A program made the position numbers and the translations under genes. A stretch of DNA of 64,000 nt from Octopus sinensis (lineage: Eukaryota), in the NCBI RefSeq assembly GCF_006345805.1, contig NC_043018.1, positions 24,552,001 to 24,616,000 on the forward strand, written 5' to 3'. Position 1 is the stretch's first letter, and the number at the start of each line of letters is the position of its first letter. Under the pieces are notes generated by a model. That model searched no databases. It was not told where the DNA came from and saw only the letters and a list, made by a program, of their open reading frames with translations. This document shows, piece by piece, positions 1 to 12,900 of this stretch.

Positions 1-356
1 GCTGGAGCACTGCCTTTAGTCGAGCAAATCGACCCCAGGACTTATTCTTTGTAAGCCCAGTACTTATTCTATCGGTCTCTTTTGCCGAACCGCTAAGTGA
101 CGGGGACGTAAACACACCAGCATCGGTTGTCAAGCAATGCTAGGGGGACAAACACAGACACACAAACACACATACATACATACATATATATACATATATA
201 CGACAGGCTTCTTTCAGTTTCCGTCTACCAAATCCACTCACAAGGCATTGGTCGGCCCGGGACTATAGCAGAAGACACTTGCCCAAGATGCCATGCAGTG
301 GGACTGAACCCGGAACCATGTGGTTGGTTAGCAAGCTACTTACCACACAGCCACTC
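1..356 (-). mobile_element. tRNA-derived SINE family A (CORE-like), cut by window edge
   Basis: Minus strand reads GAGTGGCTGTGTGG (A box) ... GGTTCAGTCC (B box) ... CTTGGGCAAGTGTCTT; many near-identical copies in the window. Confidence 0.9.
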
Positions 357-619
357 GAGAAGGAAATTTTACATCAATTGTGTTCAACTAATAAATAATA
401 AGAAAATGTAATGTCTTTCTTTTTTACACTCTCTATGAGTATGTGTATATTTCTGCACGTGTGTGCATGCATGTGCCTCCCATCTTAAAAAGTTCTGTTA
501 CCTCAACAGACTGAATGTCCAGCCAACCATGCCAAACAATCAACATTCAATTGTTTTATTCTGATGGACTAAGTCAACTACCCAAGTATTCCAAGGCAGT
601 ATTTGAACTCAGAGCATGG

Positions 620-988
620 AAGCACTCCGTCGGTTACGACGATGAGGGTTCCGGTTGATCCGAATCAACGGAACAGCCTGCTCGTGAAATTAACGTGTAA
701 GTGGCTGAGCACTCCACAGACACGTGCACCCTTAACGTAGTTCTCGGGGATATTCAGCGTGACACAGAGAGTGACAAGGCCGGCCCTTTGAAATACAGGT
801 ACAACAGAAACAGGAAGTAAGAGAGAGAAAGTTGTGGTGAAAGAGTACAGCAGGGATCACCACCATCCCCTGCCGGAGCCTCGTGGAGCTTTTAGGTGTT
901 TTCGCACAATAAACACTCACAACGCCCGGTCTGGGAATCGAAACCGCGATCCTATGACCGCGAGACCGCTGCCCTAACCACTGGGCCT
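620..988 (-). mobile_element. tRNA-derived SINE family B
   Basis: Head GGCCCAGTGGTTAGGGCAGCGG...GGTTTCGATTCC; homologous to 21645-22024 and to the head of 53607-53900. Confidence 0.88.
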
Positions 989-1148
989 CCACTACTCAGA
1001 GCATACAGAGTCAAAACAAAACACAAGAATTTGGATATTGGTAAGACTTTACCATTACTGTTCTTAGGATGTATGGAAACAGCTCCACAGTTCTCAGATT
1101 GTGTATGACATATACAATTAAATACAATTAAAAAGTAAGGGTTTAAAT

Positions 1149-1410
1149 CAGGGATTCTCAACCATTTTTTTTTATCTATGGACCCCTTTTATTACAATTT
1201 TATTCTTGTGGACCCCACCATAGCCATTCGATGTTTAAAAACTAGTTTTAAAGAAACTCCTTCCAAAATTCCTATTTTGTTTCTTCACACATTAACTTGT
1301 GTAGGTTGAATTATGTAAAATGTTAGACAGAGAAACATAGCTGTTTCTTGCAATACATGACCATAATTTTCTCTAATTTCTAAACTTTAAAACAGAAATT
1401 TTTAAAAGGA
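1149..1410. mobile_element. hAT/Charlie-like MITE fragment
   Basis: Starts CAGGGATTCTCAACC...GGACCCC; homologous to 59923-60165. Confidence 0.6.
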
Positions 1411-1461
1411 AAACTTCCCATGCAAATTGCTCTGGGGATTTTCTATTATTAAAGTGACAAT

Positions 1462-1770
1462 CTGACAGAATCGTTACCGCATTGTATTTAGCTGCATTCC
1501 TTCCGGCTCTTTACGTTCTGAGTTTTATCCTCTCGGGGTCGATATAATCACCTTAATCCGTTTTTCTGTCCTTGTTTGTCCTTTCTGTGTTTAGCCCCTT
1601 GTATTTCGTCTGTCGCTACGTTCTGAGTTCAAATTTCGCCAAGGTCGACTTTGCATTTCACCCTTTCGGGGTTGATGAAATAAGGAGCAGTGAAACACTA
1701 GGGTCCATGCAATCGACAAGTTCCCTCCCCAAAAATTTCAGGCCTCGTGCCTTTAGTAGAAAGGATTATT
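1462..1770 (+). mobile_element. Meta-domain SINE family C, nested dimer (Tx1-type tail followed by rest of host copy)
   Basis: TTTAGCCCCTT tail joins GTATTTCGTCTG at 1601; ends with tail 2 AGAAAGGATTATT. Confidence 0.75.
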
Positions 1771-1779
1771 TTATAAAGG

Positions 1780-2000
1780 GACAAGCTGACAGATTCGTTA
1801 GCATGCCGAGCAAAATGCTCAGAGGCATTTCGTCTGTTTTTATGTTCCGAGTTCAAATTCCGCCGAGGTCGAATTTGCCTTTTATCCTTTCGGGGTCGAT
1901 AAAATAAGCATCAGTTAAGCACTGGAGCCGATGTAATCGACTAGTCCCCCTCTCACCAAATTTTAGATCTTGAGCCTATAGAAGAAAGGATTATCATCAT
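1780..2000 (+). mobile_element. SINE family C, tail 2
   Basis: GAGTTCAAATTCCGCCGAGGTCG, Meta core CCTTTCGGGGTCGATAAAATAAG, ATT-type tail. Confidence 0.85.
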
Positions 2001-2509
2001 TTCATCTCAAGTGTTCGACAAAGTATAAAAAGAAAAATGTTGAGTAACGTTGACATAGTTCCAACTGACATAAATGGAATAACGGCAATGCTGACACGTT
2101 ATCGCCAATAATTGAAGAAGGTGAGCTTCCTGAAACTAAAGTGCAAAGTGATCAATAAGATATCTTATGTAAACATTAAGAAAAAGGAGCTTCTAAGAGC
2201 TGCATAAGATTGTGAAATCATTCTTCACATTTCGTTGATTAAAATGCAACAGTTAAAAAATAGACAAAAAAAACTAATTAGAGGAGAATCAAATGCCATG
2301 TAAGAGGAATATATGGTAAAAGAAAACACATTTTTAAAGCCATTCCTATCTCTAAGATTATTATATGTAGTGTGTAATATGCGGAATCGATTCTGACAGA
2401 ATTCCAGCTCAGAACGGAAAGACACGTGATTTTACAACACCAACAATAACAAAGTGACGTGATTACATTAACAACATCAACGTAGAGATGTGATTACACA
2501 TAACACATA

Positions 2510-2828
2510 GCTAGTCCCCAGGGGGCCCTCACGATTCTAGGAGTCCAACTCTGATCTATGTGCCATGACTTGTTGTCAATAATAAGTCTATACTATAAGG
2601 CCCAGTGCGTTGATTTGTGCCGGGTGGGAGCCTCGCAAGTCTAGGAGCCCGATTTTGAACTTTTGCTGCCAATAAGTAAACATCCGAGGGTCCAATGCAT
2701 TGATTTGCCCGGGGACCTCACGGGTCTAGGAACCCAATTCTGATTTATGTATGCTGTCATATAAATACTATAGGGTCCAGTGCCTCGATTTGCCCCGGGA
2801 TCTATAAATATTGCTACGATTGCCCTGC
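2510..2828. repeat. Degenerate ~90-110 bp tandem repeat, probably a subterminal array of a DNA-transposon end
   Basis: Three recurrences of GGTCCAGTGC..GATTTGCCCGGG..CCTCACG..TCTAGGA; ends ...GCCCTG. Confidence 0.5.
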
Positions 2829-2919
2829 ACATAACAATAACAAAAGACTTGGTTGTATATAACAACAACTTAGAGACGTGATTGTATTACAGCAACAACA
2901 GACAACTTGATTGCATTTA

Positions 2920-3268
2920 ATAATCTTTTTTGTTATAGGTACAAGGCCTGAAATTTTGGGGGAAGTGGCCTAGTTGCTTACATCGAACCCAGTACGGGAT
3001 TGGTATGTATTCCACCGAAAAGGGTAGTATTTGAATTCAGACCATAACGAATCGGAAGAAATACCTATTTCTTTATTACCCACAAGGGGATAAACATAGA
3101 GGGGATAAACAAGGACAGACATAGGTATTAAGTCGATTACATCGACCCCAGTGCGTAACTGGTACTTAATTTATCGACCTCGGCGGAATTTGAACTCAGA
3201 ACGCAATCGGAAGAAATACCGCTAAGCATTTTGTTAGGGTCACTAACGATTCTGCCAGCTTCGCCGCC
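2920..3268 (-). mobile_element. Old SINE C (tail 2) interrupted by young Tx1-tailed SINE C at 3066-3204
   Basis: 16-bp direct repeat AATCGGAAGAAATACC at 3050-3065 and 3205-3220. Confidence 0.85.
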
Positions 3269-3284
3269 GGCACCTTATATAATA

Positions 3285-3319
<35 letters not shown>

Positions 3320-3847
3320 CAACAGCAACACAAATACGTGAGTTCAAGGCAACAATAACAAAGAAATGTGATTGCACATAACGTGGAAACGTGATTGATT
3401 AAACAACAAAGATGCGATTACACCTAACAACACCAGTAACAAACAACACGAGCCGTGGAAACGTGCCGCCAAAATGTATCGAGACAAGGATGGAATCAGT
3501 GATACTGCTTCGATAACATTAACACACAAGCAACAGAACACACACACAGACATACCAACAAACCAACACACCAAATAACGAGGTAGCCTCAACAGACAAT
3601 CAGACGGTCTGCTAGAAATGGCAGTCACATCTCCCTCAAAGCGCACACTACCGTCTTTAGCAAGATATAAGAAAAGATGGTTATGATCGGAACATCACTG
3701 ATCGTAGATTCATTGTATCGGAGCTAAACAGAGAACGAACGAATATACACCACACACACAGGTGTGTGTGTTGAGTAATCCTCTAGTTTAATGTTATTTG
3801 GGTTTTGTAACTTCACATAAAAATATAAATCATGTGTGTGTGTGTGC

Positions 3848-3920
3848 AGATAGACAGATAGATAGACGGATAGACAGATAGATAGACGGATAGATAGACG
3901 GATAGATAGATAGATAGACG

Positions 3921-3986
<66 letters not shown>

Positions 3987-4195
3987 CGGATAGATAGACA
4001 GATAGATAGACGGACAGACAGATAGATAGACAGACAGATAGATAGACAGAGATACAGATAGATAGATAGACAGATTGACGGACAGACAGATAGACAGAGA
4101 TACAGATAGATAGACAGATAGACGGACAGACAGATAGACAGAGATACAGATAGATAGATAGACAGATAGACAGACAGACAGATAGACAGAGATAC

Positions 4196-4226
<31 letters not shown>

Positions 4227-4259
4227 CAGATAGACGGACAGACAGATAGACAGAGATAC

Positions 4260-4338
<79 letters not shown>
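3848..4338. repeat. (GATA/GACA)n plus (GA)n microsatellite
   Basis: Direct inspection. Confidence 0.97.
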
Positions 4339-4340
<2 letters not shown>

Positions 4341-4372
4341 TATGCTCGAAACGTCGACAACTCTCCTCTCAC

Positions 4373-4470
4373 CGAGCATCAAATTAATATATTGCTGGTG
4401 CACGTCCTCACGTTCGGTTTTTTCTCCTCTGTATTTTAATTGCTTGTTCTTTGAATTGAATACATATATA
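4373..4470 (-). other. Possible alternative first exon ending ATG CTC G|GTGAGA (5' limit unknown)
   Basis: Unique sequence with a donor-like site in phase 1, the same phase as exon 7450-7588. Confidence 0.25.
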
Positions 4471-4899
4471 TATATATATATATAATATATATACACATAC
4501 ACACACAGACGTAACACTAATAAAGATCTGCTGTGTTGTCGAGACAAAGGAATGGTAGATGGTGGAAGTCTCCGCATCAACCCACCGACCGCCCCATGGA
4601 ATGATGATTGTCATTATTCCACTCGGTTTTGTTATTATCATTTATTATTACATTCATCGACAAAAATAACCGTCATTCCACAATCCATAATAGACATTAT
4701 CAACACAGATAACGCTATCATCACACACACACACATACAAACTGACATTATCAATAAACAGTGAAACAGCAAGTACAGCAGTAACAGCAAGATTGCTGGT
4801 TCAAATCTCACATTGTCTTAAATATATATCCCTCAACAAGCTTTGTTTAATTTCTGTCTTGACTATCAATTTGTTTCTTCCCTCCCCAACTATCCTTCT

Positions 4900-4989
4900 A
4901 CTTATCAACTTACCCATCAATCTATCTATCTATCTATCAATCTGTCAACCTATCTATCTATCTATCAACCTATCTATCAATCTATCAAC

Positions 4990-5026
<37 letters not shown>

Positions 5027-5200
5027 AATCTATCAACCTATCTATCAATCTATCAACCTATCTATCTATCAATCTATCAACCTATCTATCTATCAACCTA
5101 TCAATCTATCAACCTATCAATCTTTCAACCTATCAATCTATCAACCTATCAATCTTTCAACCTATCAACCTACCTATCCATCCATCTACCTTCTCACCTT
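4900..5200. repeat. (TCTA/TCAA)n compound microsatellite
   Basis: Direct inspection. Confidence 0.95.
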
Positions 5201-5334
5201 TCAACCTGTCAATATATCCTGTCATTCATACAGCCACCTCTCCATCCAGCAATCTGTTGATCAATGTATTTATTAAAACAGCTATCAATCCTTCTCTTTC
5301 TGTTATTAATCTCTCATGTAAAACACACTCACGC

Positions 5335-5430
5335 ACGCACGACAACCGCGAAATCGCTATTCATTCAGAAACCGCGAAACACACAAAACGAAGACAGCCA
5401 CTACAATTGTGACCACTACACAGTAATTAT
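5335..5430 (-). promoter_or_regulatory. CpG-rich candidate promoter element with two E2F-like TTTCGCGG sites
   Basis: CCGCGAAA at 5346-5353 and 5372-5379. Confidence 0.3.
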
Positions 5431-6337
5431 TATTATTATTTAGACACAGGTCAGTAACAATCTGGTTGACCACCTATGCTTAAAGTTGTTCTCGCTATGA
5501 ACATCTCGTCTTTTATTTATTGTATTCAAGACTACAGTATCAAAAGTAACGAACATGTTTTTTCTTTCAAGGCAGAACGGTGTGATTTGAAGGATATTTG
5601 GCTGCCATTTTCAGCAGGTCGAACGACTACGTATTGTATGTGTAGTAAATATTGTATATCGTTGTAGAGGTTCGAAATCACTCAAAAGTAATCAGTACCT
5701 TTTAGTTGTTCAAACCCCGGGTCAACCCTGACTTAGCATACCTATTCTCGAAAGCGTTCCAGCCTAGACCACCTCTCTCTTTCTCTCTTTTTTTTCTCCG
5801 GTCATAGGGAAATAAGCACCACATTATCCAACGTGTGTGTGTGTGTGTGTCTTTTCCGATTGAAAGACAGCAGATACGTGTGTGTGTGTGTGACTGATTT
5901 AAGGTAGAATTGGCTGCTACTTCTAGCAGATCGGAGGAACAGCGTTGCATGATATAGGGGGGAAAGAAGGGGTGGGGGGATAACTATCAATTAAAATATG
6001 AAAGCAACACGAGGAGTGTGTGTGTGTGTATATACAACACGCTCGAACGTACAGTGTGCATGTTAGTATATATGTGTATGTGTGTGTATTTTGTTACATA
6101 CACATGAATTTGAATGAATGAATGAAAATATAGATATATATACTTGCTGAGTCTAGAGAATGGTGTTTGCGTGTGTATATGTACATATATATATACACAC
6201 ACACGTATGTACATACATACATACATATATAAGCTCAAACAGAAAATGTCATATATATATATATATATAATTCAACACACAGTCGTGCTCCAGCATGGCA
6301 CTAGTTTAAAACGAAGTAAAGTATGACAGTATATGCC

Positions 6338-6369
<32 letters not shown>

Positions 6370-6749
6370 TAACATACATACTCATCTCTAAGGACCACTC
6401 AGTTACACGCAACGGTAAAAATATATATACATGCGTTCAATTTATGTTCGTATATGCATGTATGTATACGTCTGTGTCTTCGTGTTCTTTAGTTCGAGCT
6501 AGTGGCACCCGCTAAGACCATGTTGGAGCACATGTGAATGCCCACATGTATGTATAGCAAATAATTATGTCTGTGCGAGGTTATTTATTTGTAACTAGCA
6601 ACAGGAAAGCTTCAGATAAAATGTTATATCTGATAAAATACATCCATACACATTTTAAAGTTTGTGTTTGTATGCGTATGTATGGAGGATATATAGATAG
6701 AATAGATGGATGAAGAGAGAGAAAGATAGCTACATACATGAATATATAG

Positions 6750-7112
6750 AAAGATAGATAAATACATACATGGATAGATAGAAAGAGATACATACATGGA
6801 CAGATAGAAAGATAGGTGCATACACTGATAGATAGAAAGATAGAAGCATACATACATTGATAGATAGATAGATAGAAGCATACATACATTGATAGATAGA
6901 TAGATAGAAGCATACATACATTGATAGATAGATAGATAGAAGCATACATACATTGATAGATAGATAGATAGATAGAGGCATACATACATTGATAGATAGA
7001 TAGATAGATAGAGGCATACATACATTGATAGATAGATAGATAGATAGAGGCATACATACATTGATAGATAGATAGATAGATAGAGGCATACATACATTGA
7101 TAGATAGATAGG

Positions 7113-7150
<38 letters not shown>

Positions 7151-7250
7151 CATACATACATTGATAGATAGATAGATAGATAGATACATACATACATATA
7201 TTGATAGATGCATACATACATTGATAGATAGAAAGATAGATACGTAGACA
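6750..7250. repeat. Minisatellite (GATA)n-GGCATACATACATT
   Basis: Direct inspection, more than 10 units. Confidence 0.95.
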
Positions 7251-7449
7251 GGTAGATAAAACTGGAACAGGTGCAGGAATACTGAAGAAAAGAGGAGAGG
7301 GTTGTGAAATGCATGTTTAAGGAAAACAATATGCAAACACACACACACACGTATAGGTAGAGATATATATTACAAAACATGGATAGCACAAATGTCTCTT
7401 TGACTATATATGTATGCCAAATTTTGGTATAACGCTCCATTGTATTTAC

Positions 7450-7588
7450 CTCCACAATTAATTGTTGTGTGCTGTGGCCGAATTCTTTCCATTCTGTCAT
7501 CTGGCGCAGTGGAATCACTTGTTTGGCAATTGCCGTCCATATTCTTGGTGGTCCGATTCTCCAGTTCTGGTGTGACTCGGTTCGACAT
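7450..7588 (-). CDS. Candidate first coding exon of an unidentified gene (MSNRVTPELENRTTKNMDGNCQTSDSTAPDDRMERIRPQHTTINCG)
   Basis: ATG-initiated non-repetitive hydrophilic ORF of 46 codons + 1 nt, ending at donor GAG|GTAAAT; CpG-rich unique sequence upstream. Confidence 0.55.
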
Positions 7589-7779
7589 TTAATCAAAATT
7601 CTTCAAATACAAACTATATATAGGGAGATATATATATATGTATGTGTTATATGTATATATCAATATTTATGTATATACATATGTGTGTTTATGTTTACGC
7701 TATTGGAGTGGATGTACGTACGTATTAATCGATAGATAAATAAACAGATATTTATGTAGAGAGAGAGAAGGAAAATATT

Positions 7780-7920
7780 TGTTGCTGCTACACCGGAACG
7801 AGCAGTAATGTTAGTCTTGATAACAATGTTTAAAGTAAAATAGGATAAAAGGAAAAAGCAAGCAGGCGACTCTGCCAAGAATTGCGGGAAAAACGTCTCG
7901 CGAAAGAAATTTGGAAATGG
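7780..7920 (-). promoter_or_regulatory. Candidate promoter/5'UTR of the 7588 exon
   Basis: CpG-retaining; E2F-like TTTCCCGC (7884-7891) and TTTCGCGA (7898-7905) on the minus strand. Confidence 0.35.
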
Positions 7921-8599
7921 GTGAGGTTTGAGGGAGGAGAAGGAGGTGACGATAGAATGAGTGTTTGAGTGTGAGTGATAGAGTGATATAGTAAGCGGAG
8001 TCGAAAGAGAGAGAGGGATTAAGGTAAAAGGAAGTGAAAATGAGAGAGGGTGATACAGAAAGGTGAAGAAAAGGTAGATAAGATTGACATGAAATAGATA
8101 AGATAAATAAATAGAAAGAGAGATAGATAAATAGATAGAGAGAGAGAGGGGGGGGGAGAAATTGTCTTATAAAATGTGAGAGGTAGTGCTTTAGTGGGGC
8201 TGAGGGAGGAGGAGTATGGTATAGTATCAAACGAGATAGAGTGGAAGTTAGGAAACAAGAGAGAAAGGAATACGCGAGAGTGAAGGGGTCGGAAGGGAAA
8301 CGAGAGTGAGAGAGGGTGACAGAGGAAAAGAAATAATGTAGGTGAGAGGGGTGACAAAAAAATATATGAGAAAAGTAGAGAGAGTGAGGGAGGGAAGAGT
8401 GAGAGAGGGAGATGTGTTGATACATTGAGAGAGACAGAGAGAGAATTAAAGGGAGGGTGAGGGTTAGAGAAATAAAGAGACAGAGAATAAAAGGTGTATG
8501 AGAGGAAGGTATAGTGGGATGTTAGTCCAAAGAAAAAGAAAGAGAGAGGGAAGGTCCTTATCAAGTAGATTGATAATATCAATAGGTGGATAGACTGAG

Positions 8600-8606
8600 G
8601 GGTAGG

Positions 8607-8658
<52 letters not shown>

Positions 8659-8706
8659 CAGGCAGATAGATAGATAGATAGATAGACAGGCAGACAGACA
8701 GATAGC

Positions 8707-8766
<60 letters not shown>

Positions 8767-8787
8767 TAGATAGATAGACAGGCAGAC

Positions 8788-8826
<39 letters not shown>

Positions 8827-8843
8827 CAGGCAGACAGACAGAC

Positions 8844-8898
<55 letters not shown>

Positions 8899-8920
8899 CA
8901 GGCAGACAGATAGATAGATA
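8600..8920. repeat. (GATA/GACA)n microsatellite
   Basis: Direct inspection. Confidence 0.97.
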
Positions 8921-9572
8921 TGTTTCTTTATTAGCCACACAGGGCTGCACACAGATAGAACAAATTACAAGGTAGAGCTTTTCTTTTGAAGGTTTAAAAA
9001 AAAAAAAAAGGAAGGGGGAGTTTCGATCAAAAGGGATCGTAAAAGGAGAGAAAGAGGACAAAAAAAAGGGGGGTTAAAAAAAAAGGGGGAGAGGGAAAAA
9101 AAAAATGATCAATAGGGATCGTTATCACAGAAATGTCAATATGAAGTGTAAAGGGGAGGACAGGTGAGGTTTACCCGTGGAAAGAAAAGCCTACGGAAAA
9201 GACCACGGTAACCTCGGTCAATGGAGTCACATGTTATATTTCTTTTTTTTTTTTTTTTTTTTTTTTGCAAATAAGCAACTCTCTGTTTTCAATTTCTGGG
9301 TTCATAGGATCATGCTCAAGGTGGCTTCGTCATTCATACGTGCCATTCTTGCTACATTCACCCATCTTTTTTTAAAACATTCGCTAGACAAAACTTGCCT
9401 CTCTACTCTCACTTTCCTTTTCAAGTGGTACTTGAAGAAGTTGATGAGAGATTGACCAGAGAGGAAAGTGTTTGTCTCCAATCCTTTCAGACGCGTCCAC
9501 CAGATACATTCTTTCGCCATAGCCACAAGGATGATGAAAATAGCTCTTCCTTCCCGTTTGAAGGAGGGAGGC
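8921..9572 (-). mobile_element. 5'-truncated Tx1/L1-group LINE, copy 1 (ORF2 C-terminus + 3'UTR)
   Basis: Encodes [15 protein letters not shown]...RWVNVARM..MIL*, homologous to ORF 22793-23605; ends GCCCTGTGTGGCTAATAAAGAAA; (GATA)n on both sides. Confidence 0.85.
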
Positions 9573-9598
9573 AGATAGATAGATAGATAGATAGATAG

Positions 9599-9657
<59 letters not shown>

Positions 9658-9726
9658 TAGATAGATAGATAGATAGTAGATAGATAGATAGATAGATAGA
9701 TAGACAGGCAGACAGATAGATAGATA

Positions 9727-10380
9727 TGTTTCTTTATTAGCCACACAGGGCTGCACACAGATAGAACAAATTACAAGGTAGAGCTTTTCTTTTGAAGGTT
9801 TAAAAAAAAAAAAAAAGGAAGGGGGAGTTTCGATCAAAAGGGATCGTAAAAGGAGAGAAAGAGGACAAAAAAAAGGGGGGTTAAAAAAAAAAGGGGGAGA
9901 GGGAAAAAAAAAATGATCAATAGGGATCGTTATCACAGAAATGTCAATATGAAGTGTAAAGGGGAGGACAGGTGAGGTTTACCCGTGGAAAGAAAAGCCT
10001 ACGGAAAAGACCACGGTAACCTCGGTCAATGGAGTCACATGTTATATTTCTTTTTTTTTTTTTTTTTTTTTTTTGCAAATAAGCAACTCTCTGTTTTCAA
10101 TTTCTGGGTTCATAGGATCATGCTCAAGGTGGCTTCGTCATTCATACGTGCCATTCTTGCTACATTCACCCATCTTTTTTTAAAACATTCGCTAGACAAA
10201 ACTTGCCTCTCTACTCTCACTTTCCTTTTCAAGTGGTACTTGAAGAAGTTGATGAGAGATTGACCAGAGAGGAAAGTGTTTGTCTCCAATCCTTTCAGAC
10301 GCGTCCACCAGATACATTCTTTCGCCATAGCCACAAGGATGATGAAAATAGCTCTTCCTTCCCGTTTGAAGGAGGGAGGC
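9727..10380 (-). mobile_element. Tx1 LINE copy 2, near-identical tandem duplicate of copy 1
   Basis: Same truncation point; appears to differ only in homopolymer lengths. Confidence 0.85.
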
Positions 10381-10523
<143 letters not shown>

Positions 10524-10532
10524 CAGGCAGAC

Positions 10533-10627
<95 letters not shown>

Positions 10628-10645
10628 TAGATAGATAGATAGATA

Positions 10646-11265
10646 TGTTTCTTTATTAACCACACAGGGCTACAAACAGACAGGACAAAATTACAAGCTA
10701 GAGCTTTTCTTTTGGGGGTAAAAGAAGGGGGTTTGGTTTTCAATCAAAAGGGATCGTAAATGGAAAGAAAGAGGACAAAGAAAGGGGGGGATAAAATAAA
10801 ATTTTAAAAAAGGGGGGGGGGGGGGAAATTTGATCAATAGGGATCGTTATCACAGAAATGTCAATATGAAGTGTAAAGGGGAGGACAGGTGAGGATTACC
10901 CATGGAAAGAAAAGCCTACGGAAAAGACCACGGTAACCTCGGTCAATGAAGTCACATGTTATATTTCTTTTTTTTTTTTTTTGCAAATAAGCAACTCTCT
11001 GTATTAATTTTTACATTTCATAGAATCATAGTCAAGGTGGCTTCGTCATTCATACGTGCCATCCTTGCTACATTCACCCATCTTTTTTTAAAACATTCAC
11101 TAGACAAAACTTGCCTCTCTACTCTCACTTTCCTCTTCAAGTGATACTTGAAGAAGTTGATGAGAGATTGACCAGAGAGGAAAGTGTTTGTCTCTAATCC
11201 TTTCAGGCGCGTCCACCAGATACATTCTTTCGCCATACTGCAGATGGATTCATCGACAGGAAGAA
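10646..11265 (-). mobile_element. Tx1 LINE copy 3, diverged, with an internal deletion near its 5' end
   Basis: Same ORF end and 3'UTR with substitutions; 3' end abuts (GATA)n. Confidence 0.8.
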
Positions 11266-11718
11266 AGCTGCCAAGAGGGGGGAGGGTAGCACCATGCTGC
11301 AAATGAACAAATGATTTTGTTGTTGTTGTTGTTACAATGACAGAATCGTTAAATATTGAACCAAATGTTGAAAAGTAAACATTTAGTTCCAAATACATAT
11401 GTTCTAAATTCGAATCCTGAAAAGGCCAACATTACCTTTCATTCTCTGGGGCCAAACCATCATGTATTAGGTTTAATTCTATCCATTTCACTGCCACTCC
11501 ATTGGTTCCTGCAAATTTGTTGTTTTGGATTGACAACAGCTCTTTATGTTCTGTGTTCAAACCTTGCCAAGGTCAACATCTTTGTCTTTCATCTCTTTGG
11601 GGGTTGATGAAGTAAATTACAAGTCATGTGTGAATAAGGCCAGATTCAGCACCATAGAGGGCCCTAAGTACTTCAATGATTTTGGTGCCCCATATATAAT
11701 TCAAAATACAAACAATAA

Positions 11719-11780
<62 letters not shown>

Positions 11781-11796
11781 TAATAATAATAATTAA

Positions 11797-12028
11797 TTTT
11801 TTTATTGGCCACAAGGGTTGACAAAAATCAATTATTACATAAAGGGACAAAAACAGGACGAAAGGTTACAAAGGGTTTTGTCCGTTTGTGAAAAAATCCG
11901 AGTAAAGAAGCAGTTTAACAATGAAAAGATTATAACAACGAAAACCTCCCAATAGGGTGAGGCGTTACGAAAAGGTTCCTGGTGGAAAAAAACCCATAAA
12001 AGCCAATGGGAGCCTGGTCAAAAGGGGG
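11797..12028 (-). mobile_element. 3'UTR of a sister Tx1-like family inserted in (TAA)n
   Basis: Ends CCCTTGTGGCCAATAAAAA; shares the GTGGAAA..CC..AAAG.C...GG..CCT.GGTCAA block with copies 1-3. Confidence 0.6.
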
Positions 12029-12039
12029 TAGTAATAATA

Positions 12040-12237
12040 AGCATTTCTACTGGAGGCAGAAAGCCTCAAATTTGTGGGAAGGGGACTAGTCAATTACATT
12101 GACCCCAGTGTTTCACTGGTACTTGATTTATTGACCCCTGAAAGGATGACAGGCAAAGTTGACCTCAGTGGAATCTGAACTCAGAATGTAGCAATGGGCA
12201 AAATTCCATTAAGCTTTTCTTCCAGCATGCTAACAAT
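12040..12237 (-). mobile_element. SINE family C, tail 2, CpG-decayed
   Basis: Meta core with CG to TG/CA changes. Confidence 0.8.
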
Positions 12238-12555
12238 TAAGCAAAATTTAGAGAAAACTCACATTCTGGTGTATGAGTCAAATGCTTCTCTTAGTGTGGG
12301 ATACAGCACACACAAACGCACACACACAGTGTGCAACGAATAAAGTGAAACTAATTCACTTTCTGTAGTGAGTGACTATTTCACTCTACATTCCCACTTC
12401 CAATTTACACACATAGACACGCAAATATATAAATAAAATTGTAAGCTAACGTGTGTGTGTGCGTGTGTGTGAGTGTGTGTGTGCGTGTGCGTGTGTGTGT
12501 GTGTGAGGATGCGTGTGTGTGTGTGTGTGTGCGTGTGCGTGAGTGTGTGACAGGA

Positions 12556-12898
12556 AAGTTTTTTACGACGAATATAAGACCTATATCCAAGTAGCAGAAA
12601 GATCGCCCAAAAGTGTATATAGATTTTTAAATGTATTTATATATTCATCTATACACAGATGTATGTATAATGTGTGTGTATATATTTCCATAGCGGTAAC
12701 CTTTCACTCCATACAAAGTTTTTTAGGACGAATATAAGATCTAAAGTTATCTCTAAGAAAAAGAAAGATCGCCCAAAAGTGTATATAGATATTTAAATGT
12801 ATTTATATATTCATCTATACACACATGTATGTATAATGTGCGTGTATATATTTCCATAGAGGTAACCATTCAATCCATACAAAGTTTTTTAGGACGAA
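12556..12898. repeat. ~166-bp tandem duplication (about 2 units)
   Basis: AAAGATCGCCCAAAAGTGTATATAGAT... occurs twice; AAAGTTTTTTA(G/C)GACGAA three times. Confidence 0.9.
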
Positions 12899-12900
12899 AA

